Source: Gammaproteobacteria bacterium (GTDB taxonomy: Bacteria; Pseudomonadota; Gammaproteobacteria; JABABF01). Taken from it: a DNA stretch of 64,000 nucleotides. Where the stretch lies: positions 32,001-96,000 of the forward strand of contig OZ250153.1 of the NCBI GenBank assembly GCA_965237805.1, read 5' to 3'. Below are positions 28,580-38,789 of the stretch, piece after piece (position 1 is the first letter of the stretch; each line of letters opens with the position of its first letter). A program made the position numbers and the translations under genes. The notes below the pieces were generated by a model that was not told the DNA's origin, did no database searches, and worked only from the letters and a program-made list of their open reading frames with translations.

Positions 28580-29899
28580 TCAAGCCGCCACCTCGACCAT
28601 TGCTACGGCGATGCGCTCGACTTCGTCGCGGCTTGCGATATAGGGTGGCATCGAGTAGATCAAGCGACCGAAGGGGCGCAGCCAGACACCGCGATCGAGC
28701 AGGCGGCGTTGTAGCGCGGCGGGGTCGGCGGGTGGCGCGTGCAATTCGATCACGCCGATGGCGCCCAGACAGCGCACATCTGCGACACCAGGCAGTTGCC
28801 GCGCTGGCTCGAGCAGTTGTCGAAAAGCGCTTTCAATCGCTGCGACGCGCTGCTGCCAAGGCGATTCTAGTAGCAAGTCCACGCTCTCCGCTGCCACTGC
28901 GCAGGCCAGTGGATTGGCCATGAAAGTCGGGCCGTGTAGCAGGCCACCCGCTTCGCTAGCATCGACACCTGCCGCCACCTCGGCGTTACACAGCGTGGCA
29001 CCGAGGCTCAGATAGCCACCCGTCAGCGCTTTGCCTATGCACAGCACATCGGCCGTCACTTTGGCGTGTTCGCAGGCAAATAGCCGTCCGCTACGACCGA
29101 ATCCAGTCGCGATTTCGTCGGCGATCAACAGCAGCTCGTGCTGATCGCACAGTGCGCGCAGCTGGCGCAGGTAGTCGGCGGAGTAAAACCACATGCCGCC
29201 AGCTCCCTGCACCACCGGCTCGACAATCACGGCGGCGATGCGTTGACCGTGCTGTTCGAGCAGCTGTGCCATCGGTGCTAGTTCCGCATCTGTGCAGTCG
29301 GTGCCAAAGGGTGTGGCTGGTCGCGGCGCAAAATATTGCCGCGGCATGCCGCCGCGAAACAAATGATGCATGCCAGCCACCGGATCGCAGACCGACATCG
29401 CACCGAAGCTGTCGCCGTGGTAGCCGCCGCGCAGGGCGACGAAGCGCTGCCGTTGGGTCTGCCCGCGGCCGCGCCAGTACTGCAGGGCCATCTTCAGTGC
29501 GATCTCCACGGCCATCGAGCCGGAGTCGCTGTAGAACAGATGCTCAAAGCGTCCCGGTGCCAGTGCCAGCAAGCGTTGTCCTAGCTGTACGGCTGGCGGA
29601 TGGCTCAGGCCGCCGAACATCACATGGCTCATCTGCCGCAGTTGCTTGGTGGCGGCGGCGTTGAGGCGCGGGTGGTTGTAGCCGTGGATGGCGCTCCACC
29701 AAGAGGACATACCGTCGATGACGCGGCGACCATCGTCCAATTGCAGCTGCACACCGTCTGCGGCGACCACTGATGGGCGCTGTTCGGCGTGGTGGGATGC
29801 TTCGTAGGGATGCCATAGGTGCAGGCGGTCGAACTCCGCCGCATCGGCCTGCGCTACGCTATCTTTAGTCGAGGAGATAGTCGACCGCCTTGGCCTCAT
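28580..29899 (-). CDS. bioA: Adenosylmethionine-8-amino-7-oxononanoate aminotransferase
   Basis: [78 protein letters not shown]; start uncertain. Confidence 0.93.
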   Translation of the reverse strand: MRPRRSTISSTKDSVAQADAAEFDRLHLWHPYEASHHAEQRPSVVAADGVQLQLDDGRRVIDGMSSWWSAIHGYNHPRLNAAATKQLRQMSHVMFGGLSHPPAVQLGQRLLALAPGRFEHLFYSDSGSMAVEIALKMALQYWRGRGQTQRQRFVALRGGYHGDSFGAMSVCDPVAGMHHLFRGGMPRQYFAPRPATPFGTDCTDAELAPMAQLLEQHGQRIAAVIVEPVVQGAGGMWFYSADYLRQLRALCDQHELLLIADEIATGFGRSGRLFACEHAKVTADVLCIGKALTGGYLSLGATLCNAEVAAGVDASEAGGLLHGPTFMANPLACAVAAESVDLLLESPWQQRVAAIESAFRQLLEPARQLPGVADVRCLGAIGVIELHAPPADPAALQRRLLDRGVWLRPFGRLIYSMPPYIASRDEVERIAVAMVEVAA

Positions 29900-30845
29900 C
29901 GCGCAATTCCTGCGCTGAGTCATCCATGCGCTGGCGGCTGAAGCCATTGCACTCCAGATTCTCTACCAGCTGCCAATCGCCATCGACGCAGCGCACCGGC
30001 ATTGAGTAAACCAGCCCTGCTTCGATATCGTAGGCACCGTTGCTGACGATGCCCATACTGGTCCACTGTCCCGGTGGGGTGCCCAATATCCAAGTGCGCA
30101 TATGTTGCAGAGCGGCATTGGCAGCTGAAGCCGCACTGGAAGAGCCGCGCGCTTCGATAACGGCGGCACCACGCTTTTGCACGGCGGAGATAAATTGCTC
30201 GCGGTACCACTGGCCATCAATCTGCTCCAAGGCGGGGTTGCCGTGGATGGTGGCGTGGTGCAGGTCGGGGTATTGTGTGGTCGAGTGGTTGCCCCAGATA
30301 ATGACGCCGTCCACTTCACCAGCATCGACACCGGCTTGGGCAGCCAGCAGGGCGCAGGCTCGGTTGTGATCCAACTGCGTCATGGCGCTGAAGCGGTGCG
30401 GCGGCAGTCGCGGCGCGCAACGCTGGGCGATCCTAGCGTTGGTGTTGGCCGGGTTGCCGACCACCAGCACCCGCACATCGTCGGCTGCGTGGTCGTTGAG
30501 TGCGCGTCCTTGCTCAACGAAAATGCGGGCGTTGGCATCTAATAAATCGCGGCGCTCCATCCCCTTGCGACGCGGGTATGCGCCGACCAACACGACGCTG
30601 TTGGCATCGCGGAAAGCGCGCTTGGCATCGCTCTCCAGCTCGATCGAGTGCAGTAAGGGGAAGGCACCGTCCTGCAATTCCATCGCCACGCCTTCCAGCG
30701 CTTGCATGGCGGGCGGGATTTCCAGCAGACTCAGGATGATCGGTTGTTCTGAACCCAGCATTTCACCAGCGGCGATGCGGAACAACAGGCTATAGCTAAT
30801 CTGCCCAGCAGCTCCGCTGATCGCTATTCTGTGCTCTGCAACCAT
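29865..30845 (-). CDS. mdh: Malate dehydrogenase (dimeric, cytosolic-type)
   Basis: [67 protein letters not shown]. Confidence 0.96.
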   Translation of the reverse strand: MVAEHRIAISGAAGQISYSLLFRIAAGEMLGSEQPIILSLLEIPPAMQALEGVAMELQDGAFPLLHSIELESDAKRAFRDANSVVLVGAYPRRKGMERRDLLDANARIFVEQGRALNDHAADDVRVLVVGNPANTNARIAQRCAPRLPPHRFSAMTQLDHNRACALLAAQAGVDAGEVDGVIIWGNHSTTQYPDLHHATIHGNPALEQIDGQWYREQFISAVQKRGAAVIEARGSSSAASAANAALQHMRTWILGTPPGQWTSMGIVSNGAYDIEAGLVYSMPVRCVDGDWQLVENLECNGFSRQRMDDSAQELRDEAKAVDYLLD

Positions 30846-30890
30846 GCCTGTTCCCACCACTGATGCAAGGCGATTTTTACGGTATCGCGC

Positions 30891-30899
30891 ATTATAGCA
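30891..30899 (-). promoter_or_regulatory. Extended -10 promoter (TGcTATAAT) for mdh
   Basis: RC TGCTATAAT about 45 nt upstream of the mdh ATG. Confidence 0.5.
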
Positions 30900-30961
30900 A
30901 GGGCTTGTCAAAGTCTTGATGCGACGGCGATGCAGCTGTTGCCACCGAACGCTGCCCGCAT

Positions 30962-30991
30962 TTGCACCAGCTGCCTGCTTAGGTCTAAAAT
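30962..30991 (+). promoter_or_regulatory. Candidate promoter for tRNA-Glu/Gly (TTGCAC-18-TAAAAT)
   Basis: Hexamers at 30962-30967 and 30986-30991, followed by a G-rich discriminator. Confidence 0.45.
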
Positions 30992-31024
30992 AGGGGCAAG
31001 TGGCGATACGCCAGATCAATCCCC

Positions 31025-31097
31025 GTCCCCTTCGTCTAGCGGCCTAGGACCCCGCCCTTTCACGGCGGTAACGGGGGTTCGAGTCCCCCAGGGGACG
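31025..31097 (+). tRNA. tRNA-Glu (TTC), CCA not encoded
   Basis: GTCCCCTTCGTCTAGCGGCCTAGGACCCCGCCCTTTCACGGCGGTAACGGGGGTTCGAGTCCCCCAGGGGACG followed by CGG. Confidence 0.95.
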
Positions 31098-31140
31098 CGG
31101 TGGCACTTCGGTAATTGGCGGCGCGATGATGGTACCCCAT

Positions 31141-31216
31141 GCGGGAATAGCTCAGTTGGCAGAGCGCAACCTTGCCAAGGTTGAGGTCGCCGGTTCGAGA
31201 CCGGTTTCCCGCTCCA
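31141..31216 (+). tRNA. tRNA-Gly (GCC)
   Basis: GCGGGAATAGCTCAGTTGGCAGAGCGCAACCTTGCCAAGGTTGAGGTCGCCGGTTCGAGACCGGTTTCCCGCTCCA. Confidence 0.97.
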
Positions 31217-31324
31217 TGTGCCCGGCAGCAGTAGGCGATAGCGTGTTATGAGGCCATTCCTGCATCGACCATTGGGTTGTAGCTGGCACGGTGGCGCTGG
31301 GTATCCGCTTGCGCTGAGATTGCC

Positions 31325-32302
31325 ATGAGCGTCCCGGCACTGTCGATCTCAGGTCTGAGCAAAACTTTCCCCGGCGGTTTGCTGGCGCTGGATCAGATCA
31401 GCTTGGAAGTGCAGCAGGGCGATTTCTTCGCTCTGCTGGGCCCCAATGGGGCGGGAAAATCCACCACCATCAGCATCATCACATCGCTGATTAGCAAAAG
31501 CGCGGGTACTGTACGCATCTTTGGCATCGACATCGACGAGGATTTCCCGGCTGCGCGTGCCGTCGTCGGCATGGTGCCGCAGGAGCTCAATTTCAATATG
31601 TTCGAGACGGTGCTCAACATCGTCGTCACCCAAGCGGGCTTCTACGGCATCAAGCGCAAGACCGCACTGCAGCGTGCCGAGCACTACCTCCGGCAGCTGT
31701 CGCTCTGGGACAAGCGTCGCGAAATCGCCCGCGCCCTGTCTGGCGGCATGAAACGGCGCCTGTTGGTTGCCCGAGCACTGCTGCATCACCCGCGCCTGTT
31801 GATCCTCGATGAGCCGACTGCTGGTGTCGATCTTGAATTGAGGCACTCGATGTGGGGTTTCCTGCGCCGACTCAATCGGGAGGAGGGGGTCAGTATCATC
31901 CTCACCACCCATTATCTGGAAGAGGCCGAAGAGCTGTGCCAGAACCTGGCCATCCTTGACCGCGGCAAAATCGTCCACCGAGGCACTGTGGCCGGGGCCA
32001 CCCAGCTGCTGGAGCAGCAACACTTCTTGGTCGAGACGGCGGCACCGTTTCCCGATAGCCTGCTCGACCAGCACGCCGCTTGCCAGCGGCGGGACGCCAC
32101 ATCGGTGGAAATACCACTGGGTCGCGACCAATCGCTACAGGAGATGCTGGCTCCGCTGAGCGAGGCCGGGGTGCGAGTCACGAGTATCCGGCCAGCGAAA
32201 AATCGATTGGAGCAATTCTTCCTATCGCAGACTAGGCCTCACGCAGCATTGCGCAGCTCGTCCTCGGACGCAGCTGCCGCCGAACAGGCTACCCAGCTGT
32301 AA
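31325..32302 (+). CDS. ABC-2 type transporter ATP-binding protein (YadG-like)
   Basis: GPNGAGKST, VPQELNFN, LSGGMKRR, LILDEPTAGVD, TTHYLEEAE. Confidence 0.92.
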   Translation: MSVPALSISGLSKTFPGGLLALDQISLEVQQGDFFALLGPNGAGKSTTISIITSLISKSAGTVRIFGIDIDEDFPAARAVVGMVPQELNFNMFETVLNIVVTQAGFYGIKRKTALQRAEHYLRQLSLWDKRREIARALSGGMKRRLLVARALLHHPRLLILDEPTAGVDLELRHSMWGFLRRLNREEGVSIILTTHYLEEAEELCQNLAILDRGKIVHRGTVAGATQLLEQQHFLVETAAPFPDSLLDQHAACQRRDATSVEIPLGRDQSLQEMLAPLSEAGVRVTSIRPAKNRLEQFFLSQTRPHAALRSSSSDAAAAEQATQL

Positions 32303-32321
32303 GCGGGGCATCTAGGCGCGG

Positions 32322-33101
32322 GTGGCATCGGTGATAAACGCACAATATGTGGCCTTGACGACGATTGTTCGGCATGAAGTGCGTCGTGTGTTGCGTATCT
32401 GGAGCCAGACCTTGGTGCCGCCAATGATCACCATCAGCCTGTATTTTCTCATTTTTGGCGGCTTTATCGGCTCGCGAATTGGCACCATGGATGGCCAACC
32501 CTACCTCGACTTCATCGGGCCTGGACTGATCATATTAGCCATCATAAACAACTCATATATGAATGTTTCATCTTCAGTTTTTAGTTTCAAGATACAGCGT
32601 AGTATTGAGGAGATTTTGGTTTCCCCAGCACACCCGTTGACCATTTTGGCTGGTTTTGTGCTCGGCGGAGTGTTTCGCGGTTGCCTAGTCGGCCTGCTGG
32701 CTACCGGTGTGGTTTATCTGTTCGCGCGCCCGGCTTTTCACAATGTGCCACTGACACTGGCGGTGGCAGTCATGACTGCCTTGTTATTCTCGCTGGCGGG
32801 CTTCATCAACGGTGCCTATGCCCGTAATTTTGACGATATCAGCTTGGTGCCAACCTTTGTGCTGATGCCGCTGATCTATCTCGGTGGGGTGTTCTACTCG
32901 GTGCAGCTGTTACCAGATGTTTGGCTCAGGCTGTCCTTGCTCAACCCCATTCTCTATTTGGTCAACGCATTGCGTTACGGCATGCTGGGGGTCTCTGATG
33001 TGCCGCCGAGCTATGCGGTCGGCATGTCCCTGCTGTTGATTGCCCTCGCCATCGCCTTCGGGCTCTATTTGTTGCGTGCCAATGGGCCGTTGCGGCAGTA
33101 A
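32322..33101 (+). CDS. ABC-2 type transporter permease (YadH-like)
   Basis: RIWSQTLVPPMITISLYFLIFG, YLGGVFYS, NPILYLVNALRYG. Confidence 0.92.
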   Translation: MASVINAQYVALTTIVRHEVRRVLRIWSQTLVPPMITISLYFLIFGGFIGSRIGTMDGQPYLDFIGPGLIILAIINNSYMNVSSSVFSFKIQRSIEEILVSPAHPLTILAGFVLGGVFRGCLVGLLATGVVYLFARPAFHNVPLTLAVAVMTALLFSLAGFINGAYARNFDDISLVPTFVLMPLIYLGGVFYSVQLLPDVWLRLSLLNPILYLVNALRYGMLGVSDVPPSYAVGMSLLLIALAIAFGLYLLRANGPLRQ

Positions 33102-33296
33102 AGCAGTGCCGGACACATTCCGCGGCGAGGCTCTGCTGGGAGGCAATGAATTTCCAGATGGGTTAGAATACGAGCTGTCACTTGCTGTGACCGTCAACTG
33201 CAACTTGGAACTTGGATCTATCTGACTCCGATTCAGTTGTGGATCACAAGACATGCAGACAAACCGTTCAGCCACCATTTGGAGATGCGCTGCACC

Positions 33297-33545
33297 ATGA
33301 GTAGTAGTGTTGAGGAAAAAGTCAAGAAGATCACCGCCGATAAACTTGGTCTCGAGGTAGAAAAGATTGATATCAAAGCTGCGTTCACCGAGGATTTGGG
33401 CGCTGATTCGCTGGATACAGTTGAACTTGTCATCGCCTTTGAAGAGGAATTCCACACCGAGATCTCCGATGAGGATGCCGAGCAAATCACCACGATCCAA
33501 GCTGCTGTCACCTACATTCAGAAGCACTTGGACAAAGCGGGTTAA
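33297..33545 (+). CDS. acpP: Acyl carrier protein
   Basis: [20 protein letters not shown]. Confidence 0.97.
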   Translation: MSSSVEEKVKKITADKLGLEVEKIDIKAAFTEDLGADSLDTVELVIAFEEEFHTEISDEDAEQITTIQAAVTYIQKHLDKAG

Positions 33546-33642
33546 TCCGCTAGCGACGCGACTTGTTGCCGGTCAGGCCGCGCTTTGCCTCACCACCATC
33601 TTGATGTTCTCCAGTGCCCTGCTTAGCCCCCAAGCCTGATTC

Positions 33643-34890
33643 ATGCGCGGCGAGCGACGGGTAGTCGTCACTGGCTTAGGTTTGGTTTCGCCGCTAGGAC
33701 TCAATGTTGACGACAGTTGGCGCACCCTGCTGTCAGGGCATAGCGGCATCCGTCCTATCGCCGCCTTCGATGCCAGCCAATGGCCGACGCGCATCGCTGG
33801 CGAAGTATGGGGTTTTGATCCCTCAGCTTGGCTAAGCCCGCAGGAGACCAAGCGCAGCGACCTGTTCATCCAATATGCGGTCGCTGCCAGCACCCAGGCC
33901 TTGCAGGATGCTGGCCTGATACCGGAGCCGGATCGGCCAGAGCGCATTGGTGTCTTCATCGGCACCGGGGTCGGTGGCATCGGCACCACTGAAAGGGCGG
34001 TGGCAACCCTGTCTGAGCAGGGGGTGCGCCGAGTGTCTCCCTTCACTGTGACTGGCATGGGGCACAACATGGCCAGTGGCTTGCTGGCGGCGCGATTCGG
34101 CCTGTGTGGCCCCAATCTCTCAGTCTGTTCAGCCTGTGCCAGTGGCACACACTCCATCGGGATGGCGGCGCGGGCGATTTGCTACGGCGATGCCGATGCC
34201 ATGGTTGCCGGTGGTGCCGAGGCCGGTGTCACCCCCATCGGCATCGCCGCTTTCTCGGCGATGCGCGCCCTGTCGCAGCACAATGAGTCGCCCGCCGCTG
34301 CCAGTCGTCCGTGGCACTTGGAGCGCGACGGTTTTGTCGCTGGTGCCGGTGCTGGCGCACTGTTGTTGGAAGAGCGGGAGCGAGCCCTTCAGCGCGGGGC
34401 AACTATCTACGCTGAGCTACTGGGCTTCTCCGCCACCGATGACGGTGTCCATATCGCCGCGCCGCCAAAAGATGGAGACGGTGCGAGACGGGCGATGTCG
34501 CTGGCCTTGGCGGATGCCGAGATCGAGGCAGGGGAGGTCGACCATATCAATGCCCATGCCACCGCGACGCCACTCGGCGATATCGCCGAGGTTCGCGCTA
34601 TCCGTTCGGTGTTCCCGAGGCGGTCGGGCGGTATCGCCGTCAGCGCGACAAAATCGATGACGGGCCACATGCTCGGTGCTGCCGGTGCTATCGAGGCGAT
34701 CTTCACGGTGTTGGCGCTGCGAGACCAGGTGGTGCCGCCGACCATCAACTTGGATCGGCTCGATCCAGAATGCGTCCTCGACTGGGTGTCGGCAGAGGCG
34801 CGGGAGTGGCCAATGCGCTATGCCATCAGCAATTCCTTCGGCTTTGGTGGTGCCAATAGTGTGCTACTGTTCGGTTGTGGCGAGGGCTGA
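33643..34890 (+). CDS. fabF: Beta-ketoacyl-ACP synthase II
   Basis: RRVVVTGLG, SACASG, NAHATATPLGD, SMTGHMLGAAG, SNSFGFGG. Confidence 0.93.
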   Translation: MRGERRVVVTGLGLVSPLGLNVDDSWRTLLSGHSGIRPIAAFDASQWPTRIAGEVWGFDPSAWLSPQETKRSDLFIQYAVAASTQALQDAGLIPEPDRPERIGVFIGTGVGGIGTTERAVATLSEQGVRRVSPFTVTGMGHNMASGLLAARFGLCGPNLSVCSACASGTHSIGMAARAICYGDADAMVAGGAEAGVTPIGIAAFSAMRALSQHNESPAAASRPWHLERDGFVAGAGAGALLLEERERALQRGATIYAELLGFSATDDGVHIAAPPKDGDGARRAMSLALADAEIEAGEVDHINAHATATPLGDIAEVRAIRSVFPRRSGGIAVSATKSMTGHMLGAAGAIEAIFTVLALRDQVVPPTINLDRLDPECVLDWVSAEAREWPMRYAISNSFGFGGANSVLLFGCGEG

Positions 34891-34918
34891 GCGTCGCCCC
34901 GGCACCCGAGGAGTTGCG

Positions 34919-35926
34919 GTGTTCTCCCCCGGACTGATCAGAGGTACGGCTTTGGTGACAGCTCTGCTCGCAGCTGTCGCAATTGTCGATTGGCACTACC
35001 TGCACTATCCGTTGCGCACCCACGGCGAGGCGTTCTCGGTCCTCGTGCTGCCGGGCGCTTCCTTAAATCAAGTGGTATCGGACTTGAATCGGCGCACCCT
35101 CCTGCGTCAGCCGCACCTATTCAACTGGCATGCTCGTGCCGTCGGGCTACACCTGAAATTGATTGCCGGGCGCTATCTGTTGCCCGGCGATAGCTCCCCG
35201 CTGCAGCTGATCAGAACCCTCAGATCATTGCCCAATGTCCATGAAGAGGCCACCTTGGTGGAGGGCTGGACGCTAGCGCAGGCCCGTGCCGAACTCCATG
35301 CCAACTATGCCCGGGCGACGTTGGTGGGGCTGGTGGATCGGGCTTTACTCAAGCGCCTCGGGATCACTGGCTTCCGATCGGCGGAGGGGTTGTTCTTCCC
35401 GGACACCTATCACTACGCTACCGGTGTCAGCGAAGAGCTGGTGCTGCGCCAAGCACATCTGCGCATGATGGAGCTGTTGTCCGAAGAGTGGGAGGCGCGC
35501 TCGCCTGAGCAGCCCTACGAGACGGCCTACCAAGCCTTGATCGCGGCCTCGATTATCGAGCGTGAGACCGGACTCAGCGAGGAGCGCGGCCAGATCGCCG
35601 GGGTGATCGCCCGGCGCCTGCAACGCGGTATGAGATTGGAGATGGATCCGACGGTGGCCTATGGCTTGGGCGATGCGTTGCAGGGCAAATTAACCCGCAC
35701 ACACTTGGCCGATGCCCGCAATCCCTACAACACCTACCGTCACGCTGGTCTGCCGCCGACCCCGATCTGCCTGCCCAGCCGCGCCTCGATCCATGCCGCG
35801 TTGAACCCGGTGCCCGGAGACAGTCTCTACTTCGTTGCCCGCGGCGATGGCAGCCATCGCTTCTCGGCCACCTTGGCGCAGCACAAGGCCGCTGTGCGCA
35901 GCTATCGGGCGAGCCTCAAGCAATGA
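34919..35926 (+). CDS. mltG: Endolytic murein transglycosylase MltG (YceG)
   Basis: EGLFFPDTY, ASIIERET, GMRLEMDPTVAY, NPYNTYRHAGLPPTPI, LYFVARGDGSH; GAGGAG RBS before GTG. Confidence 0.92.
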   Translation: MFSPGLIRGTALVTALLAAVAIVDWHYLHYPLRTHGEAFSVLVLPGASLNQVVSDLNRRTLLRQPHLFNWHARAVGLHLKLIAGRYLLPGDSSPLQLIRTLRSLPNVHEEATLVEGWTLAQARAELHANYARATLVGLVDRALLKRLGITGFRSAEGLFFPDTYHYATGVSEELVLRQAHLRMMELLSEEWEARSPEQPYETAYQALIAASIIERETGLSEERGQIAGVIARRLQRGMRLEMDPTVAYGLGDALQGKLTRTHLADARNPYNTYRHAGLPPTPICLPSRASIHAALNPVPGDSLYFVARGDGSHRFSATLAQHKAAVRSYRASLKQ

Positions 35927-36606
35927 CAAGCAGGCGTGGGCGCTTCGTGGTTCTGGAGGGAGGCGAGGGTGCCGGGAAGAGTCGCAGTTTGCAGTACTTG
36001 GAAGGGCGCTTGCGGCGCTTGGGGATCGGCGTGCTCTGCTCCCGGGAGCCGGGTGGCACACCGCTGGCTGAGGAGCTGCGGCAGCTGTTGTTGGCGCAGC
36101 GCGAAGAGCCTGTGGACCCCATCGCCGAGCTGCTACTGATTTTCGCTGCGCGTGCGCAACACTTGGCTCATCGCATCCGTCCGGCGCTGATGCGCGGTGA
36201 TTGGGTGCTGTGTGACCGTTTTACCGATTCCAGCTATGCTTATCAGGGGGTCGGTCGTGGTTTGGGTGCTGCACCAGTGATGCAATTGGAGAAATTGGTG
36301 CAGGGCTCGCTGCGCCCAGATCAAGTGTTGTTATTAGATTTGCCGCCCGAGCTGGGTGTGCAGCGTGCCGATGCCCCTCAGCGCCGAGCCTCGGGGCAGC
36401 CGGTCGCGGCAGCGACGTTGCCCGGCGACCGCATTGGCGAGGAAGCTTTGGCTTTTCACCGCCGGGTGCGCAGCTGCTATCTGGCACGTGCGGCGGCGGC
36501 ACCCCATCGCTACCGCCTGATCGACGCGAGTCGCCCTTGGGAGGCTGTGCGCGGCAGTTTGCAACGCAGCTTGGACGCCCTGTTGGACGCCGATGACCAG
36601 CCTTAG
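35923..36606 (+). CDS. tmk: Thymidylate kinase
   Basis: EGGEGAGKS, REPGGT, CDRFTDSSYAYQG. Confidence 0.96.
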   Translation: MTSRRGRFVVLEGGEGAGKSRSLQYLEGRLRRLGIGVLCSREPGGTPLAEELRQLLLAQREEPVDPIAELLLIFAARAQHLAHRIRPALMRGDWVLCDRFTDSSYAYQGVGRGLGAAPVMQLEKLVQGSLRPDQVLLLDLPPELGVQRADAPQRRASGQPVAAATLPGDRIGEEALAFHRRVRSCYLARAAAAPHRYRLIDASRPWEAVRGSLQRSLDALLDADDQP

Positions 36607-37597
36607 CCCAGGCGAGAGCCTGCCGCCTTGGCTGCGGGACAGCATGGCGCAGCTATTCGCCCCTTTCGCCCAGCAGCGCGCCCCCCACGCCCTGTTGCTC
36701 AGCGCCCCCGAGGGCGGCGGCTTGGAGCTGCTGTGTCGACAGCTGATCGGGCGCCTGCTGTGCCATGGCGCTGCAGCGGAGGACATCGCGCCCTGCGGTC
36801 ATTGCCGCTCATGCCACTGGTTGCACACTGAGGGCGGGGGGTACCACCCCGATCTGCACTGTACGATGCCCGCAAGAGCAGGTGCTCAGATCACCGTTGA
36901 CCCGTTGCGTGCGGTCATCAATTTTGTCAACACCACATCGCATCAAGGCGGCTGGCGCATCGCTTGGCTGATGCCGGCCGAGTGCATGAATACCAAGGCA
37001 GCCAACGCTTTGCTCAAGAGCTTGGAGGAGCCGCCATCGCAGCTGCTGTTTCTGTTGGCCAGCCACAATCCGTGGCTGTTGCCAGCCACCGTACGCTCGC
37101 GTTGCCAGCAGCACAGCTTGCCGATGCCGACACCGTCCGCTGCGTTGGCTTGGCTCGGCGAGTGCGGTTTGGACGCTGAGTTGGCAGTCGCCGCGCTGGC
37201 TGCTTCCCGCGGGCTACCGTTGGCGGCACTGGCCATGCAGCGCGCTGGTCAGCTCGAGCTGCTCGCGGCGCGCCGCCGCGACTGGGAGCGCTTGCTCGTG
37301 CGGCGGCAGGGGGTCTCGGCGCTCGCTGCGGCTTGGCAGGATGACGCCGAGCAGCTGCTGCTTTGGCTCGCCGATTGGCTCAGCGAAGCCATTCGGCACG
37401 AGCTCTCCGATGGCCGCGCCTTGGCCGGTCTGTCGGCTGCTTTCGAGTCGGTGTTGCAGTCTCGGCACCTGCTGGGGGCGCATGCCGCGACCAATCTGCG
37501 TCCGCGCCTGGTGCTCGAGCAGCTGTTGCACCAGTGTCTGCACAGTGTGTCGCCAGCTGTTGGGCGGGCAGTGGTGGGCAGGCGCGGCGATGTTTGA
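36593..37597 (+). CDS. holB: DNA polymerase III delta' subunit
   Basis: PHALLL, LLC...PCGHCRSC, HPD, ANALLKSLEEPP, TVRSRC; follows tmk. Confidence 0.92.
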   Translation: MTSLSPGESLPPWLRDSMAQLFAPFAQQRAPHALLLSAPEGGGLELLCRQLIGRLLCHGAAAEDIAPCGHCRSCHWLHTEGGGYHPDLHCTMPARAGAQITVDPLRAVINFVNTTSHQGGWRIAWLMPAECMNTKAANALLKSLEEPPSQLLFLLASHNPWLLPATVRSRCQQHSLPMPTPSAALAWLGECGLDAELAVAALAASRGLPLAALAMQRAGQLELLAARRRDWERLLVRRQGVSALAAAWQDDAEQLLLWLADWLSEAIRHELSDGRALAGLSAAFESVLQSRHLLGAHAATNLRPRLVLEQLLHQCLHSVSPAVGRAVVGRRGDV

Positions 37598-38645
37598 TCG
37601 TGGTCTGATCGAGGGCTTCTACGGGCGCATGTGGACTTGGCGCCAGCGCCACACCATATTGCCCTTTATGCGTCGGCATGGCTTCGACAGCTATATCTAT
37701 GCGCCCAAAGGAGATGCCAGACTGCGCCAGCTTTGGCAGCGCGACTGGCCGTTGCGCCAGCGGCGGTCACTGGCCAGTCACCGCGCCGCATGTCGCGCTG
37801 CCGGGCTGCGCTGGGGCGTGGGGCTGAGTCCACTATGCGATGTCGATGGCATGGTAGACAGCGCTGCGTTGCGTCGCCGCCTCGACCAGCTGGCGGCTTT
37901 GGAACCTGACTTGCTGTGCCTGCTGTTTGACGATAGCAAAATCGTCGACGGTGCCGCCGCGCGCCAAGCGCAGCTCGTCGCCGAGGCGCGGCAGCAGCTG
38001 GGAGCCTCGGTGCGGCTGATTGTCTGTCCCAGCTACTACTCCACCGATCCGGTGCTGGCACAACTGTTCGGTCCGATGCCGGAGGCGTATTTAGAGCAGC
38101 TCGGCCAAGCCCTCGCGCCCGACATCGATGTGTTCTGGACTGGAGAGCGCGTCTGCAGCGCTGATTTTTCGGCACCGCATCTGCGCTGGGTCGGCGAGTT
38201 GTTGCGGCGCACGCCGGTGCTGTGGGACAACTACCCAGTGAACGATGGCCGCCACAGTTGCCGGCACCTGCATCTGTTGCCATTTCCGCCGCGCCCGGCG
38301 CATTTGTGTGAGCTGGCCAGTGGGCATTTCATCAACCCGATGAACCAGAGTCGATTGTCACAGTTGCCACTGGCGGTGCTCGGGCGCTGTCCCGATGGCA
38401 GTGCCGAGGCTGTCGCGCAGCACTGGTCAGCGGCGCTGACCGAGCTGTACAGCGCACCGCTGGCGGCACTGCTCTCACGCGATGCCCAGCGCTTCGCAAC
38501 GGGTGGTTTGGATGCGTTGACAGCGCTGCAACGCCGACACCTGAGTGCCGAATACGGGCGCGTGTCCGAGCCGGCCGCGCGCGAAATCAGGGAATGGTTA
38601 GACGGCGACTACGCCTTTGATCCGGCTTGCCTCAGCGCGGTCTAG
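37590..38645 (+). CDS. GH84-family beta-N-acetylglucosaminidase (O-GlcNAcase-like), no signal peptide
   Basis: GLIEGFYGRMW, YIYAPKGD, LLFDD catalytic pair, CPSYY, FWTGERV, WDNYPVND, NPMNQ. Confidence 0.88.
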   Translation: MFDRGLIEGFYGRMWTWRQRHTILPFMRRHGFDSYIYAPKGDARLRQLWQRDWPLRQRRSLASHRAACRAAGLRWGVGLSPLCDVDGMVDSAALRRRLDQLAALEPDLLCLLFDDSKIVDGAAARQAQLVAEARQQLGASVRLIVCPSYYSTDPVLAQLFGPMPEAYLEQLGQALAPDIDVFWTGERVCSADFSAPHLRWVGELLRRTPVLWDNYPVNDGRHSCRHLHLLPFPPRPAHLCELASGHFINPMNQSRLSQLPLAVLGRCPDGSAEAVAQHWSAALTELYSAPLAALLSRDAQRFATGGLDALTALQRRHLSAEYGRVSEPAAREIREWLDGDYAFDPACLSAV

Positions 38646-38684
38646 TGAGCGTGGTCGTCGGCGACCGTACAATTATCGCCGCTA

Positions 38685-38772
38685 GGTGAGGTGTCCGAGT
38701 GGCCGAAGGAGCGCGCTTGGAAAGCGCGTACAGGCTTATCCCCTGTCGAGGGTTCGAATCCCTCCCTCACCG
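38685..38772 (+). tRNA. tRNA-Ser (GGA), CCA not encoded
   Basis: GGTGAGG...CGCGC TTGGAAA GCGCG, long variable arm, GGTTCGAATCC...CCTCACC G followed by CGC; TACAAT at 38668-38673. Confidence 0.95.
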
Positions 38773-38789
38773 CGCGTTGCGCCCTCGCC

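Noticed and set aside
30891-30911. Perfect TTGACA and TATAAT on the minus strand upstream of mdh
   Set aside because: Only 9 nt apart, so not a -35/-10 pair; only the extended -10 was kept
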